A DNA stretch of 63,625 nucleotides, filler included, from Rhabdomonas costata (taxonomy: Eukaryota): NCBI GenBank assembly GCA_019059605.1. It is 46 parts of 46 records of this genome, joined end to end, with 100 filler letters (N's around TTAATTAATTAA, not from the genome) between each part and the next. Parts side by side here need not be neighbours in the genome. Positions count along the whole stretch, not along the records: positions 1 to 1,286 come from JAHMHO010020639.1; positions 1,387 to 2,667 come from JAHMHO010020640.1; positions 2,768 to 4,052 come from JAHMHO010020641.1; positions 4,153 to 5,438 come from JAHMHO010020642.1; positions 5,539 to 6,824 come from JAHMHO010020643.1; positions 6,925 to 8,209 come from JAHMHO010020644.1; positions 8,310 to 9,594 come from JAHMHO010020645.1; positions 9,695 to 10,979 come from JAHMHO010020646.1; 38 more parts are not named here. The stretch is one strand, 5' to 3'. The notes under the pieces are model-generated. The model had not been told where the DNA came from. It saw nothing but the letters and a program-made list of their open reading frames with translations, and did no database searches. Position 1 is the stretch's first letter, and the number at the start of each line of letters is the position of its first letter. Made by a program: the position numbers and the translations under genes. Positions 1-12,200 of the stretch are shown here, one piece after another.

Positions 1-1286
1 GTCGCAGGGTGGGTGGGCACAACTCTGGGACGAGGCGAGACAGCGAGCTCTCCTCTTGGATTATCTCGCACCCTCTGCCTTGAACAACAGCGCTTTCGGA
101 TGACAAAGCTCAGCAGAAAGTCCGACAAGACCTCCAGGAATGCGTTTCTCTGCGAGATTGTGTTCGCCTTCAGCGAGAAGCAGAATCTCACGCAGGTGAC
201 TGGCTTCACGTGAAACCAAAGGAAAATCTTCGGCGCCGCTGAGTACCGGCTGCAGCTACACTTTCACCTGGGAAGCCCCTCTTCCCTTTCGAAGCGGCTG
301 GAACCCCAAGCGACTACTGTGGTGAAGTCCAGGATGTGTTTGGCTACCACGGGTTCGCCTGTCGCCTCTGGGGAAGGCATATGAGGCTCCGAGACACGCT
401 TGCAGCCGTCGCCACGGTTGCCGGCTTCTGCCCCGAAGTTGAGCCGGTGGCAGGGAGAAAACGCACCGCGGACGTCATCCTCTGCCAGTGGCTCCCCGTC
501 GCAGCGCCTGATTTGGTGGTCACGCACGCGTTGAACCACTCCCACCAGCAGAACGGGAGTCAATCTGTGGTGGAGAGAGCAAGAACAAGAAAAAATACGG
601 TGCGGCAAAGCTGTCTTTCATCCCGCTACGTCAAACGCCTGTCCACCGAAGGCCTTCAGCGCTTCCCCGGCCAGCTGCAGGCCGAATCCTGGCAGCGGAT
701 CTCCGTCGTGCTTCACGAGGGCATCAGAGCTCAGCTGAGCTCCGCATTCCTGGGCGGTCCCTCGGCACCCTTCCAAGAACCCAACATGGCTCACCTCTCC
801 CCAAAGGCGGCCCGCGCCTGCGGGAACGAAGACCTTTCACACACACAGCCGCACTCAGCCTTGAGACGTTGTGTTGAAGCTTGGGTTTCGATTACGCTTG
901 CTGTTGGATTCGTCTGCGCGTTGCCGTTTGTTATACTCAGTTTCAGCCGATAGAGACACCTTCGACGGGTTCCCCCGCGAGAAGGCGGGAGGCTGCGCTC
1001 TACGGGCTGCTTCCCCACTCTCTGCACCCCCTCTTCTTACTGTAGTTTATTGGGCGTGCTCAGCAAGGGTACTCGCTCCTTCACACCACATCGAGTGGGG
1101 TCGTCCACTTCGAAGATTTGCAAGAAGTCTGTCAGCCCTTGCACCCGCTTTCGTCGTTAGTCGCAGGGCAAGTGGATAGAACTCTGGGACGAGGCGAGAC
1201 AGCGAGCTCTCCTCTTGGATTATCTCGCACCCTCTGCCTTGAACAACAGCGCTTTCGGATGACAAAGCTCAGCAGAAAGTCCGACA
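1..1286 (+). mobile_element. 5'-truncated, degenerate CRE/SLACS-like non-LTR retrotransposon (post-RT region, Zn knuckle, restriction-like endonuclease), circularly permuted 1159-bp unit
   Basis: Motifs in CRE order once the unit is rotated: FPREKAGGCALRAA (about 970-1010, LP..GGLGLR-like); EYRLQLHFHLG (about 241-273); SDYCGEVQDVFGYHGFAC (309-362, decayed CCHC); RLRDTL..A..AG...E...RTADV...DLVVTH (RLE PD..D-like); WQRISVVL. Stops and frameshifts are present. Confidence 0.75.
1160..1286 (+). repeat. 127-nt terminal direct repeat of positions 1-127
   Basis: 21-127 is identical to 1180-1286. Mismatches are confined to the first 20 nt, the primer-affected contig end. Confidence 0.95.
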
Positions 1287-1386
1287 NNNNNNNNNNNNNN
1301 NNNNNNNNNNNNNNNNNNNNNNNNNNNNNNTTAATTAATTAANNNNNNNNNNNNNNNNNNNNNNNNNNNNNNNNNNNNNNNNNNNN
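1287..1386. other. Artificial contig-joining spacer N44-TTAATTAATTAA-N44 (first of 45; last at 62241-62340)
   Basis: An identical 100-nt block recurs about every 1385 nt. TTAATTAATTAA puts stops in all six frames. The flanking sequences are unrelated to each other. Confidence 0.99.
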
Positions 1387-1619
1387 AGCTAAGTTATCAG
1401 AGAAAGATCCGAGAAAGCTACACGATCACCGTTCCTGTTTACAGGAGATGGTCATCTTAACCCACACATCCAACGATGAAGACGAAAAGAGTCATGGGTG
1501 AGCATTGCAAACCGAGAAGCTTACGCAAACCAACAGAATCCGATGTATTCTAGACCCTTCAAAAGCTACAGCTTGACGATGCGTTCCGGCCCACCCCGGT
1601 GCCGGGGTGCGTACCTTCC

Positions 1620-2450
1620 GGAGTTGCAGCCTGTGTTGTGCGAGGAATGCCAGAAAAAAACATCTGGCTCGCACAGACTCGCAGATGGGAAGCAAGAGCA
1701 GGGTAGGAAGTCTTGCCTCTCCTCCGTTTCAGAGTTTCGAATGCGTGGGAGAGGAAGTCACGTCGCCAGACACGTGAGAAGAGAATCCTTACTCAGACTC
1801 AGATAACGTGCCCACTTCCTGAGGGGTTTCCAACAGGGCTTCTATCCATTTGCAACTGATGAAAGAGAGGAAAACGCTCACTTTTGTATCTCAATGTTTT
1901 GAGAGTTGCAACAGCTCTTTTCCACATGTCATCAATTAGACGGTGGGGAAACCGCTCCACAAGGTGGGGGTGATGCCCCTTGCCTCCTTTCGCAGATACC
2001 TATCCCTGCGCTCTGCATGTGATGGCGGAGATTGCGGCGAGGATCCCACGGACTCGCTGCCCTTGGAAGGTGCAGGTTGGGAGAAGGGCATCTCGGGGGC
2101 CACCATTCCTGCGCGCGAGTCGCGTGCAACATTCGTCTGCTTTGCGTGTGAGGGACACCGAGTGGTACCGGACAGAATCCTCGTGAGGTGGGTAATATGC
2201 TGAAGTTGCCGAGGCAAAGCAAAAACCCTGGCTGCAGTGCAGTGAGTGTTCACCCGAATGGGTTTTCAGAAAATGCACACAACGAAAAAAGAAGGTGGAA
2301 CCAAAATTCTGAGCAATGCTGACCGCGGATGCATGGATTGATCCCCAGACAACATTTTTGGTCCAGATTGCTTACCATGCAACGGACCGCATCTCGGTGT
2401 TTCTGGAATTTCGGAATGTATCTTTTCAAAAGCCCAACAAAAATAGGCCG
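1620..2450 (+). pseudogene. Possible decayed hAT-like transposase
   Basis: VLCEECQKKTSGSHRL resembles a BED Zn finger. MLTADAWID...VFLEFRNVSF resembles the first catalytic Asp region (LxxDxW) of hAT/DUF659 transposases. The motifs lie in different frames with many stops. Confidence 0.3.
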
Positions 2451-2878
2451 AGGATGCCCCCCTCTTCATGCATGCAACGGGAAGCAACCATATACTCGTT
2501 CGTGCATTGTTCGAGCAGTGCGGGAGATGGGTACGACACACACCGTCAAAGGAGTACGGCGAGTGAGTAAATCGAGCGGCCATTGTCCAACACAAACACG
2601 AATACGGGACAAAAAAAGACGCTTCCTGAGTTCGCCAAATAAAATGCGTCCAGCCCACCCCCAAAAANNNNNNNNNNNNNNNNNNNNNNNNNNNNNNNNN
2701 NNNNNNNNNNNTTAATTAATTAANNNNNNNNNNNNNNNNNNNNNNNNNNNNNNNNNNNNNNNNNNNNGGTGTGTGTGTGTGTGTGTTTATGTATGTATGT
2801 ATGTGTGTGTGTTGTGTTACCGAGCGTACCCTTCGCACTGGTGAGTCCGTACCGTTCCCCTTCATCCATTTCTCTCAG

Positions 2879-4015
2879 GTGGCCTCGTGGCAGGTCATGG
2901 CACGGGACTGTGTGACGCAGGAGGAGACGACGATGGTGCTTCCAGGCACGGACCACAGCACGCAGCTGGTGGGCCTGACCCCGGCCCGGGAGTATGGCAT
3001 CCGCGTCCGCGCGCTACCCCGGGCCAATGCCTCGTGGGGGCCGTGGCCCGGGGTAGCGCGCGGAGCTTTCCTCCCTTTCTTATTTTTTTTTTGCCTTTGA
3101 GTGACGGATTGCGGCTTTTTAGCGGCGATACAACCCCCCGGAGGGGTGATCCCATGTTGGTGCCAATCGCATTGCTCTTGTATCACTTGCAAATCGGTTG
3201 CTGATTTTCCAAATTTCCTCCCATTAAACTTGGTTTGCTGTTTCACCAGTGCACATGAACATCCAAGTCATATGCCCCTGCTGTGATTGTGCGGGTCTTT
3301 TTTATTTGTGCAGTTCTCGCGAACGGGTCTTGATTTCTAAACCTCGAGAAAGAATTCTGCCACAACCCAGGAAAAGCCAAACGGTTTTAGCGCTGGACGT
3401 CGGAGTTGAAGCCACAATTCCATGTTGTGCAAGAAAATAAAATGGCAAATCTTGCTGGTATCCGCGATATGATGACCTTGCTTCTTTTTTCTTTTGAGGA
3501 TGTCTGTTTTTGCAACTTCGCTGTCCACGTGGTGTGCAAGTTATGCTCAGATGTTGTACCCACTTACACAACTCGTCTTCCGCCCCCGCCCCCTCCCCCC
3601 AGTTGCTTGCTTGTTCCCTTGCAGGCCTGGAACCGCAAGGAGAAGGTTTACCCCGACAATGTGACTCGGTACCACCTGCAGCTGACCGGCGTGGGCAGTT
3701 CCTTCCGAGTCTCCCGATACTTTGAGCCCACTGAGACGGCCTTCAAATTCACCGGTGTGAACAGGGCGGGGTGGAGGGGGCTGAGGGTGAGACCACGCTC
3801 CCTTAACTGGGTTTTTTTACCTGTGGGGCTGTCAAAACTCCTGAAAGAGTGCCACCTTCCTTGAGTTGGAAGAACAAATGGTGGATATCTGAAATTTGCG
3901 TGGTCTGTCCCCCCCACTTTTTTTTCGCATCTGCTTTCTGCGGAATTCTGGTGAGTCTTTCTTCTGGTCGGCACATTTACAGGACTCAAGCCGGGCACGG
4001 AGTACTACGTCGCTG
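2879..4015 (+). CDS. Fibronectin type III repeat protein, internal exons (about 2879-3052, 3625-3754, 3982-~4013)
   Basis: LVGLTPAREYGIRVRA..WGPW; VTRYHLQL..TAFKFT|GLKPGTEYYVA. The GT-AG phase-1 junction between exons 2 and 3 is in frame. Confidence 0.85.
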
Positions 4016-4168
4016 TGCCCGGCTTGAGTCCTGTAAATGTGCCAACCAAAACNNNNNNNNNNNNNNNNNNNNNNNNNNNNNNNNNNNNNNNNNNNNTTAA
4101 TTAATTAANNNNNNNNNNNNNNNNNNNNNNNNNNNNNNNNNNNNNNNNNNNNTGTTGGTTTTGTGCAG

Positions 4169-5398
4169 CTCCACATGTTATCATCCACTCCTGCGAGGTG
4201 TGATGTTGCATCTCTGCAGGCTGTTCTTTTAAGCGCCCTGGATGTTGCTTCAGTGGATTCCGATGGCCCCACCAAACTGCGCTCCACACTTCTGGACGCT
4301 ATCGGTTCGGTCGAACGGGGCATGCTTGGACGCTCCAATGTTCACCGAATTCTAGCCTCAGCGCTGTTCTGTTCGTGGAAGGTTGGTCTTTTCTGTTTGC
4401 AAAACTTTGGTTCAGTTCATCGATTGCTCGCCCGGCAATCTTTCTTTTTTGCTGGTTTTGGGAGCCATGTGGCGCATACATGGCGCTGTTTGTCGGTGGG
4501 GACGCTGGAGAGCTTTTCCCCAGGGCAGTCTAGTTCATTCATTGATACCAGTCTACTGCACATGTTTTTAGTTTGCGCGCGCGCGTTTGCAGACGTACTT
4601 TTGCTTTTCCAGGAAATTCTGATGACATTCAGAGACGTGGGAATTTGGAAGAAGGCGGTGAAGGAGCTGCGCAAGCACGGCTTGTTCAGCGAAGCTTGGC
4701 TTGCGCTGCAATTTGTTTCTGAATTCGGGCACCCACTGCCTTGCAGGCAACAGTGGCTTGCCGCCGTGCTGGAGCTCCACAGTGACGGAGTGCTCTTCCT
4801 GGGTGACTTAATTGCCATGACACCAGACAACCAAATGAGCATGTGGAAGGCCTGCATCGGGAGCTGCGAAGGTCGTTAAATCCAATGTCTTAAAAGGTGG
4901 AAACGTGAATCCAAGCAACCAGCGTGTTGCCCGAATTGTCACCGATCCTCAAGTCATTAAACACAGAGCATAACACAGGAAGGCGAGAGCATTGTCCAGC
5001 GTAAGTTGGTTAGAAACAGGACACATGTTGTGTGGTTCAGTTTATCAAGCCGCTGACAACGTGTCATGCGTCCAACTGCGAACAAAGTCTGCCTTGTCCG
5101 AACGACCTTTTGTGTTTTAAAACCATTCATTTGGAAGCTTTCGCAACTTTGCTTCGCAGAGAGGACAGTTTTGGAATCTGCGCTGGGTGCAATGGCAGAG
5201 CTTGCGTCTTTGGTGAGGGCACCATCGCCAGACGTTCTGGTTCCTTCTGCAGTCAGTAAGGAGCTGCGTGCGCGGGTTGAACATTTCGTGACTTTCTTCC
5301 GTGAAGGTGTAGTGAACCTTGATAAAGCCAGCAACACTCTCTATCTGCAGTGGCTGACCTATGGTGTTGGCGCCATTACGAGCGGCTCGGAAAGAAAG
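4169..5398 (+). CDS. Unknown helical protein, three internal exons (4169-4381, 4613-4871, 5160-5398)
   Basis: Three open segments bounded by AG/GT with compatible phases (0, then 1). No family recognised. Confidence 0.6.
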
Positions 5399-5920
5399 GT
5401 CCAGTTTCTTTCCGAGCCGCTCGTAATGGCCCCAACAANNNNNNNNNNNNNNNNNNNNNNNNNNNNNNNNNNNNNNNNNNNNTTAATTAATTAANNNNNN
5501 NNNNNNNNNNNNNNNNNNNNNNNNNNNNNNNNNNNNNNTTCGGGTGCAGTCTCCCGGAAATCGGTCTTTGGTCTGCGCAAGATCACATGGCTTTCGCTTC
5601 GAGGAAGGGTGGGATGTCCCTCGCAAGCGGAGGTTGTGTCATGTACAAGAGTGCATGCGTACCGTACTTGAAGACAATTGGTTATTTCCTCCGCAACAAG
5701 CCAATATCACTAGGGAGAGGGGGAGCAACATTCTGGTCGCAGTGGTCAGAAAAGCGAATAGGCAAAATGAGATGTCGTGGGAGGCGGGTTCAACTCAAGA
5801 GTCCAACCTCCAATTGGGCACCTAAACTGCACACATCTGTCACAATGCCACGTTCACCAAAAGACCGGGAGGGTATATGACGGGATTGAAAGAAGCAAGA
5901 AAGAGGAAATGGCGCCGCCA

Positions 5921-6212
5921 GTACCACTGATGTACTGGTACGACACCGTGTCGATGGAGTTCGCTGTGCTGCTCCCGCCGGTGGAGATGATGTTGGAGCC
6001 ATCCGGGAGAACAGTGACCATGAAGCGTCCCAGTCCCCCGGGCAGGCGATTCGCGGCCTCGGTCCACAAGGTGCCATCTGTCGTCCACACGTCGGCTTGC
6101 ACTCCGGAAAAGGAGCGGCCGCCGAAGATCCACAGAAGCCGAAATCGGAGCGTGCCGGGAAGGGCGACGCCGTGTTGGAGAGCGCCTCTGTCTAGGTCGC
6201 CCCGCCCGGATG
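5921..6212 (-). pseudogene. Kelch-type beta-propeller fragment, probably pseudogenised
   Basis: GGAT*TEALSNTASPFPARSDFG in one frame (TAG at 6192-6194 where Trp is expected) shifts into LWIFGGRSFSGVQADVWTTDGTLWTEA...IISTGG. Confidence 0.6.
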
Positions 6213-8814
6213 TGTGTTCGTGTGCACATGAATATGGCTCTGTGTTCGTGTGTTCGAGTATGCAAAACTCGGGTGATTTTGCGTGCATGAGGTCCTGCAA
6301 TGCTCGCGTGTCTTCAAATTTGTTCTGGAGGAAAGAACCAAAGCACATCGCTCCGCTTCTTCACTCACAAGTTTTTTTTTACGTGCTCGGGGTCTGCTGG
6401 CCGGTGTAGCGCATATTCTCGCCGATCTTCTGACGGCTCAAAAGTCGAGGCATCTTACGAAGGCAGAACTTTTATGGGATACGGACTCGTCGGGTCGGGA
6501 CTTAAGAGCCTGCCCCTGGCTCGCATTTGCTCTGTCGTGTTATGCTGGATCCGATGTGGTGCTGGTGATGCTGCGGTAACCATTTCTTGCCTTCCCTCCT
6601 GCCCGGGTAGAGCTGCTGTACGCATCGTTCATGCAAAACGGGGTAGTGAGCGTATACCCGGCCACGGCGAAGATCTTGCCCAGGCCGGACACGTACACCA
6701 TTCCCAAACCCCCACGGCTGGGGCTGGTGAACTTCCGTCCACATCACCGCCAGGTTGCTTTTAATGTACATGCTTTTGAGAAACGTTCTCGAGCGCGCGG
6801 CTCCTCCGCCCCCCACCACCCCCCNNNNNNNNNNNNNNNNNNNNNNNNNNNNNNNNNNNNNNNNNNNNTTAATTAATTAANNNNNNNNNNNNNNNNNNNN
6901 NNNNNNNNNNNNNNNNNNNNNNNNCTGGCCGGTTGGTATTTGCCGGTTGGTAGTTTTCCTGATTTGAGGTTCCTGGCAGCTTTTCTTCCTCTTTGCTGTT
7001 GGTTCCCTGGCTCTTAGTTACCGGCTGGTGATCGCAGAGTTGCAGAGTTGCTGGTTCCGCTGAGCTGAGATTGCTGGGTGCTTTCCAGCCTCTATATGGT
7101 TGCATGCCTATGGTTGCTAGCATCCTGAACAGTCCCGCATTGGCCTTTCTCAGGGCTGCGTAAGGGTTCACTCCAGTCGGCATTTAGGTTGTAGTTGGGG
7201 AGCGTTCACCTCCTCCCCCCCCCACACACACACGCCGTTCCTTTTTCAGTGTTTGGGCTCGCTGGACTGCCAAAGAGGAATTCGATAATCGGCACACCAG
7301 CAGCCCTCTCCCCCTCCACACCGTCATGCCAACGGCTGATTTTTCCTCCAAGCACTGCAGTGATTGTTTTGTGCGTGAATTTATCCGGAACTCCCCGCTT
7401 AATTTTCCCATTGATTCGTGAAATACTTAGTTTTTTGACTTGGCCTTAGGTGCTCGGGTGTTGTGTTTGTTTGAGGAGGGGGAGGCCCGCAGATACTCCT
7501 GTTCTGACGTTTTTGGAGCTGATTGGTTCCCGCACCGCCATACGGGCCATTGTGGACATTTCCTACGTCTCCAGCATGTGCATCCGGAGGATGTTTTCCC
7601 TTGGCATGATCAACATTTCCTTCGATCAGGCCACTTGGGGTACCCACCGCATTTCCTTTCCATTAATTACCCAAAGCGAACTCCCGATCCCCAACCAAAC
7701 GGGTCATTTTTCTTCTTTTTTGTGATCAAACTGATCAGTGCATAATAGTCCGGCTGTTCTGTGCTTCTTGTTGCTCGGAAAGACGAAAGCGGTGGTTGAC
7801 GCTCTGCCTGTCTAGCATTCATTTTTTTGCGAATTGACAAATGTGGTGTCTCGTTTAGTTGTTTCTCCCTTGCACCAACCGATCCCCGATCTACCACGGG
7901 GTCCGTGGGTTTCGGAGACCGAGCCCTTTTTTTTTACGCGCATCGAGCATTGTGTTTGCACATTCTCTCGCCCCGGAGATAGAGTCCTCAACGGATACTT
8001 CAACTTCGGCACATTGATGAGCATACAAGAGGAGAGAGAGAGGATTAGGGATGCACGGGAGTGACTAAGTCACGCGAACGTGCTGGTGCGAGTGCGCTCA
8101 TTACAGGGTTAAACTACGTTGACCTGGCGTCCCAGGGCTACACCGTGGCGTTCACTTCCAGTTACCTACCCGTCTCGGATCCTGCCGTCCTGTTCCGGGA
8201 AGACAAGGANNNNNNNNNNNNNNNNNNNNNNNNNNNNNNNNNNNNNNNNNNNNTTAATTAATTAANNNNNNNNNNNNNNNNNNNNNNNNNNNNNNNNNNN
8301 NNNNNNNNNAGACTACTCACAAGTGGTCATGTACTTTGAGTGTGTTGTTGTCCAACTTTTGAAGTAGAGCAGGTCCACGTGGCACAGCGCAGATATAGAC
8401 TACACTGCATCACGGATCACTTCGCCATTTATATCGAAAGCACGATCTCACAGCACCGTCACAGGACAAAGTCAGGCTAGATACCAGGCAATTGAAAGCG
8501 TCTTTGTCGCCAGGGTTGAAGCCGATCCTATATCGCAACTGAGTGCGGGCAAACCATTTCTTTGGTTCGGCTTAGGAATTGGAGATCTATTCTGATTTTT
8601 ATTTGTATTTGCTTAAGATCGTGGATGGTGCGCCTGAAAGATTCACGGGTGCATCTTTTTTGCTTCGGGGTGTGGTACGAAATGACGCGGTTATCGTTTT
8701 AGGGCAACTGGTGAAAATAACGCCACCCCCAGGTCCCTTTTCCTGCGTCACTAAAGGCCCGAAACTTTCCTGCCTCAACACCACCGTGCCGCGATGCTGG
8801 CCTCCGCCCTCGTC

Positions 8815-8881
8815 CCTGAAAGGAAACTAATGGCAAAGGGGGGTCCTGAAAGGAAACTAATAGGGGGGTGCTGAAAGGAAA
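8815..8881 (+). repeat. Three short tandem copies of CTGAAAGGAAA(CTAAT) with G-run spacers
   Basis: Copies read directly at about 8816, 8846 and 8871. Confidence 0.8.
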
Positions 8882-8997
8882 GTCTTGGCCAAAATTGTAA
8901 ATGAAGTAATCGCGGGACTTAGGATGGAGGTGGGCCACTTGGCAGCCGATTGTTTGGGTGTGTTTTGCTTGCGCAGGTGGAGGTGGAGGTGTTTGAC

Positions 8998-9215
8998 CCC
9001 TTCCCAGCAGTCACCCAAAGATTCGCTACGGAACGAGACTCCGGTCATTTAACTGCGCTGAGGCAACTGATGTCCCCAACCAGGCAATGCTGGCCCCCAT
9101 GTTCCACAAGGGAAGTCCTGGTTGGGGTGGGCCCAGAGTTGCCTTCAGTCTGACCCCTAATCGAGACCAGCGTGTTTGACTGTGGTATAGATTCGAGCCT
9201 ATTTCGGTGCCTGAC
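8998..9215. repeat. Unclassified dispersed repeat, copy 1
   Basis: Shares collinear blocks CGAGACTCCGGTCA, CCCCATGTTCCACA, GAGACCAGCGTGTT and GGTGCCTG with 31960-32170. Shares GGGGTGGG.CCAGAGTTGCCTTCA with 60965-61080. Confidence 0.85.
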
Positions 9216-12200
9216 CGTAATCGTACCCTCTACACATTATGAGGATTTGGGTTGGATGTAACCTGACTCGACCGTATGTATTCCTCTGGCGCTGGCCCCT
9301 ACACGGCTCATTATAAGCCCTTAAAAGTAAATGAAGTGATGTAAACCCTCGATGGTGAAAGTTTTTGCAAGAGGTGATTGCCGTGGGGTACGAGGCGTGT
9401 TTTTGACGCTCGATTATGTGTCAGCATCCCTGCCACTCAGATGGCATGCAGAGTTGTCGAGGCTCTTCTTGTACAGAAAACGCCTACCTTTCTCCCATTC
9501 CCAGGTTTTGTGGTGCTGTTCTTCACCATCCCCGCCCCCCCACTATTGCACTTTGCGTTCCATATCAAACCTTGTGGACCTGATACAAACCCCCNNNNNN
9601 NNNNNNNNNNNNNNNNNNNNNNNNNNNNNNNNNNNNNNTTAATTAATTAANNNNNNNNNNNNNNNNNNNNNNNNNNNNNNNNNNNNNNNNNNNNTGTGGT
9701 GTTGAGGCTCCTCTGGCTGGAGTAAAGAGTGATGACCGCAATGTGGTTGCTCATTCTTTGTTCTCGGGCAAAACGGAAGTTTTCGGAGAAAACTGTTGTT
9801 TTCTCGCAGCTGCGTTCTTTTTGTTTCAACACATCCGCAGCCCTCCGCCCGATGTGTTTTGTACTTGACCTCTAGACCCCCGCGCCTCCTCTCTATGTCT
9901 GCACCTGTTGAGTGCAATTGCCACCACGTCGCTGCGACCTGCGTCACCGAAGGTGGTCTTCTTACTAGGGGCCCCAAGGCTCACTGAGCGGGCAGCGGAG
10001 TGAGGCAAGGGGGTTCAGACATTTCGGGAGTGGAACGAGCGTAGCGAGTGACACGACCAGCAAAGTCTCTCACCGCTCGCTCCCTCACTCTTGCTTGTGG
10101 TTGTCACTCATCACTCATCCCACCTTGCGGTCATCACTCTTTACTCCAGCCAGAGGAGCCTCAACATCTCACTCAACGTTACCGTGGTTCGTGATTCGGG
10201 CTGCCAGTGCGAGTGGGGAGGGTTCTAAGGTCGCTCCTAAGCATAGAGTGGGTTACTCAACTGCAGTTGTGGGCATCACCACCTCTACCGGTAGCTGGCA
10301 GCCTCAAGTCCGTTAAATTGGAGGTTGGGCCTTACATTAACGTCAATGCTGCGACTCTCCAGAGCAGCGAGCGCCTCAGGAGAGGGCGAATGAGCTCGAG
10401 GTCGCTTCCGCAACAGAGAATCAGAACGCTAACACCGCCACGGCACTCATCGACGCGATCACCCGAATGTAAACATCCACCATGTGCTTGAGCGCCTGTG
10501 TAGCACGCGCAGCCACTGAAGGGAAAGCAGACGATTGGAGCGGAGTTTTCACTCCAAGGGGGAGGAAAAGTTCATGGGCCGCGTGTGCAGAGAGTCCCAC
10601 TCAACATTTCTAAAATTTGTACTGAAAATTTCTTCAGGCACTATATTTTCCCCCAAACGTTCCAGGGAGGTTCAAATCATATGAATTAGGGACTTGCTGC
10701 ACACGTCGGGCACGCTAATTGGGAATGAGTGAATGACGGTAAAATTGAACAGCAGAAAGAAAAGCCTCCACTATTTCAGTTTTAGTCGTACTCTTGATAT
10801 TATAAGACTTCTTTCTTCATAACGGATGTAGAACCAAAGGTGAGCCCCGCAGAATCGACTTTGCAGCAGTGAGCCAGACTTCCTGGTGCACCCGGGTATG
10901 GGGCGAGTGTTTGCGAACTTTGGCTGGGGTTAAAGGTTTTTTGGTCAGCCTCCCTTTTGGGTTGGGTTGAGTAAACCAANNNNNNNNNNNNNNNNNNNNN
11001 NNNNNNNNNNNNNNNNNNNNNNNTTAATTAATTAANNNNNNNNNNNNNNNNNNNNNNNNNNNNNNNNNNNNNNNNNNNNAATCCCAAATAATACTTTTTA
11101 CCAATTGACAAAAATCCATTTTTTCAACAACAAGAACAGCAGCAACATGGCTTGCCCGCACAAACCACAAAAGGGGAGCAATGGTTTGATGCGCAAGGCA
11201 GAGCAGGCACGTCTCATGCGTCATTGAGGGTAAATAGCATCACAGGCGTCAAAAAGAAAAGCATGGCCCCGAAAAAACCCACTCCACCTCACAGCCACAA
11301 CCACACCGTGGAAAAAGAGAAGCCCGCGGACGCGGTACCTATACCGCAAGCACACATCATCCCAATGCAGTTACAGAGAGCGAGCCACGCAGAGCACATG
11401 AAGAGAGACGAGCGCTGGCACACCACACATTCAAAGAGAGTACTACGCGGAATGAGAATTCAATAGGGGCACACTGCCCGAAGGACTGCCACCCCGATCC
11501 GGGTCTGACATACATGCCCACCCTCAATGAGGGAGCACCCCTTGCTTCAAAATCCAGACCCGCACCAGCCTCTGTGTGAAGCAGCGCCTGGGCAGAACAA
11601 AGCCTGATCAAGAAGACTGTCCATTGGGCAAGAACATTCTGGGCACAAAACTTCTGCTGCGTCAGTCTCCGAGGTGGTATCTTGCCCAAAGACTCCAAGC
11701 ATACGAGGAGCGTGGATTGCCTTCGCTTTGGTCTGCAGCTGGCTCCAGGAGATATGTGGCGCTTCTTGCCGCTGAAAGCTCCTTGATCTTCTTCAGGTGG
11801 AGAGCAGCCTCAGTGTCCCGCACCTGCTCGATTTTTGCAGAAACGAGAGCCATCCACCAGCTCTGCTTCTTCCAGTCAGCACGCGGTTCCACGGGCCCAA
11901 CAGAAAGTCATTTGAGGAAATCCGCGAGAATGTCCTCCGGGAGACAAAATCGAGAACGCAAATGATCCCAAGGTTGCCACAACTCGCTCGAAAAAGCCCC
12001 GGGAACAGACTCACATGAAAACACAAACATGCCGGTCTTGTGCAGACCGATCAAACACCATTTCACAATGTTGCACAAAATTTATGCAATTTTATGCAAT
12101 CGTAAAGCATGACGAAGCAAACACCAACACCATAACAGCCATCACACTGCGAAATCCACAATGACAGCAGAGCTTCGCACACAACCGCACACGGTCCACG

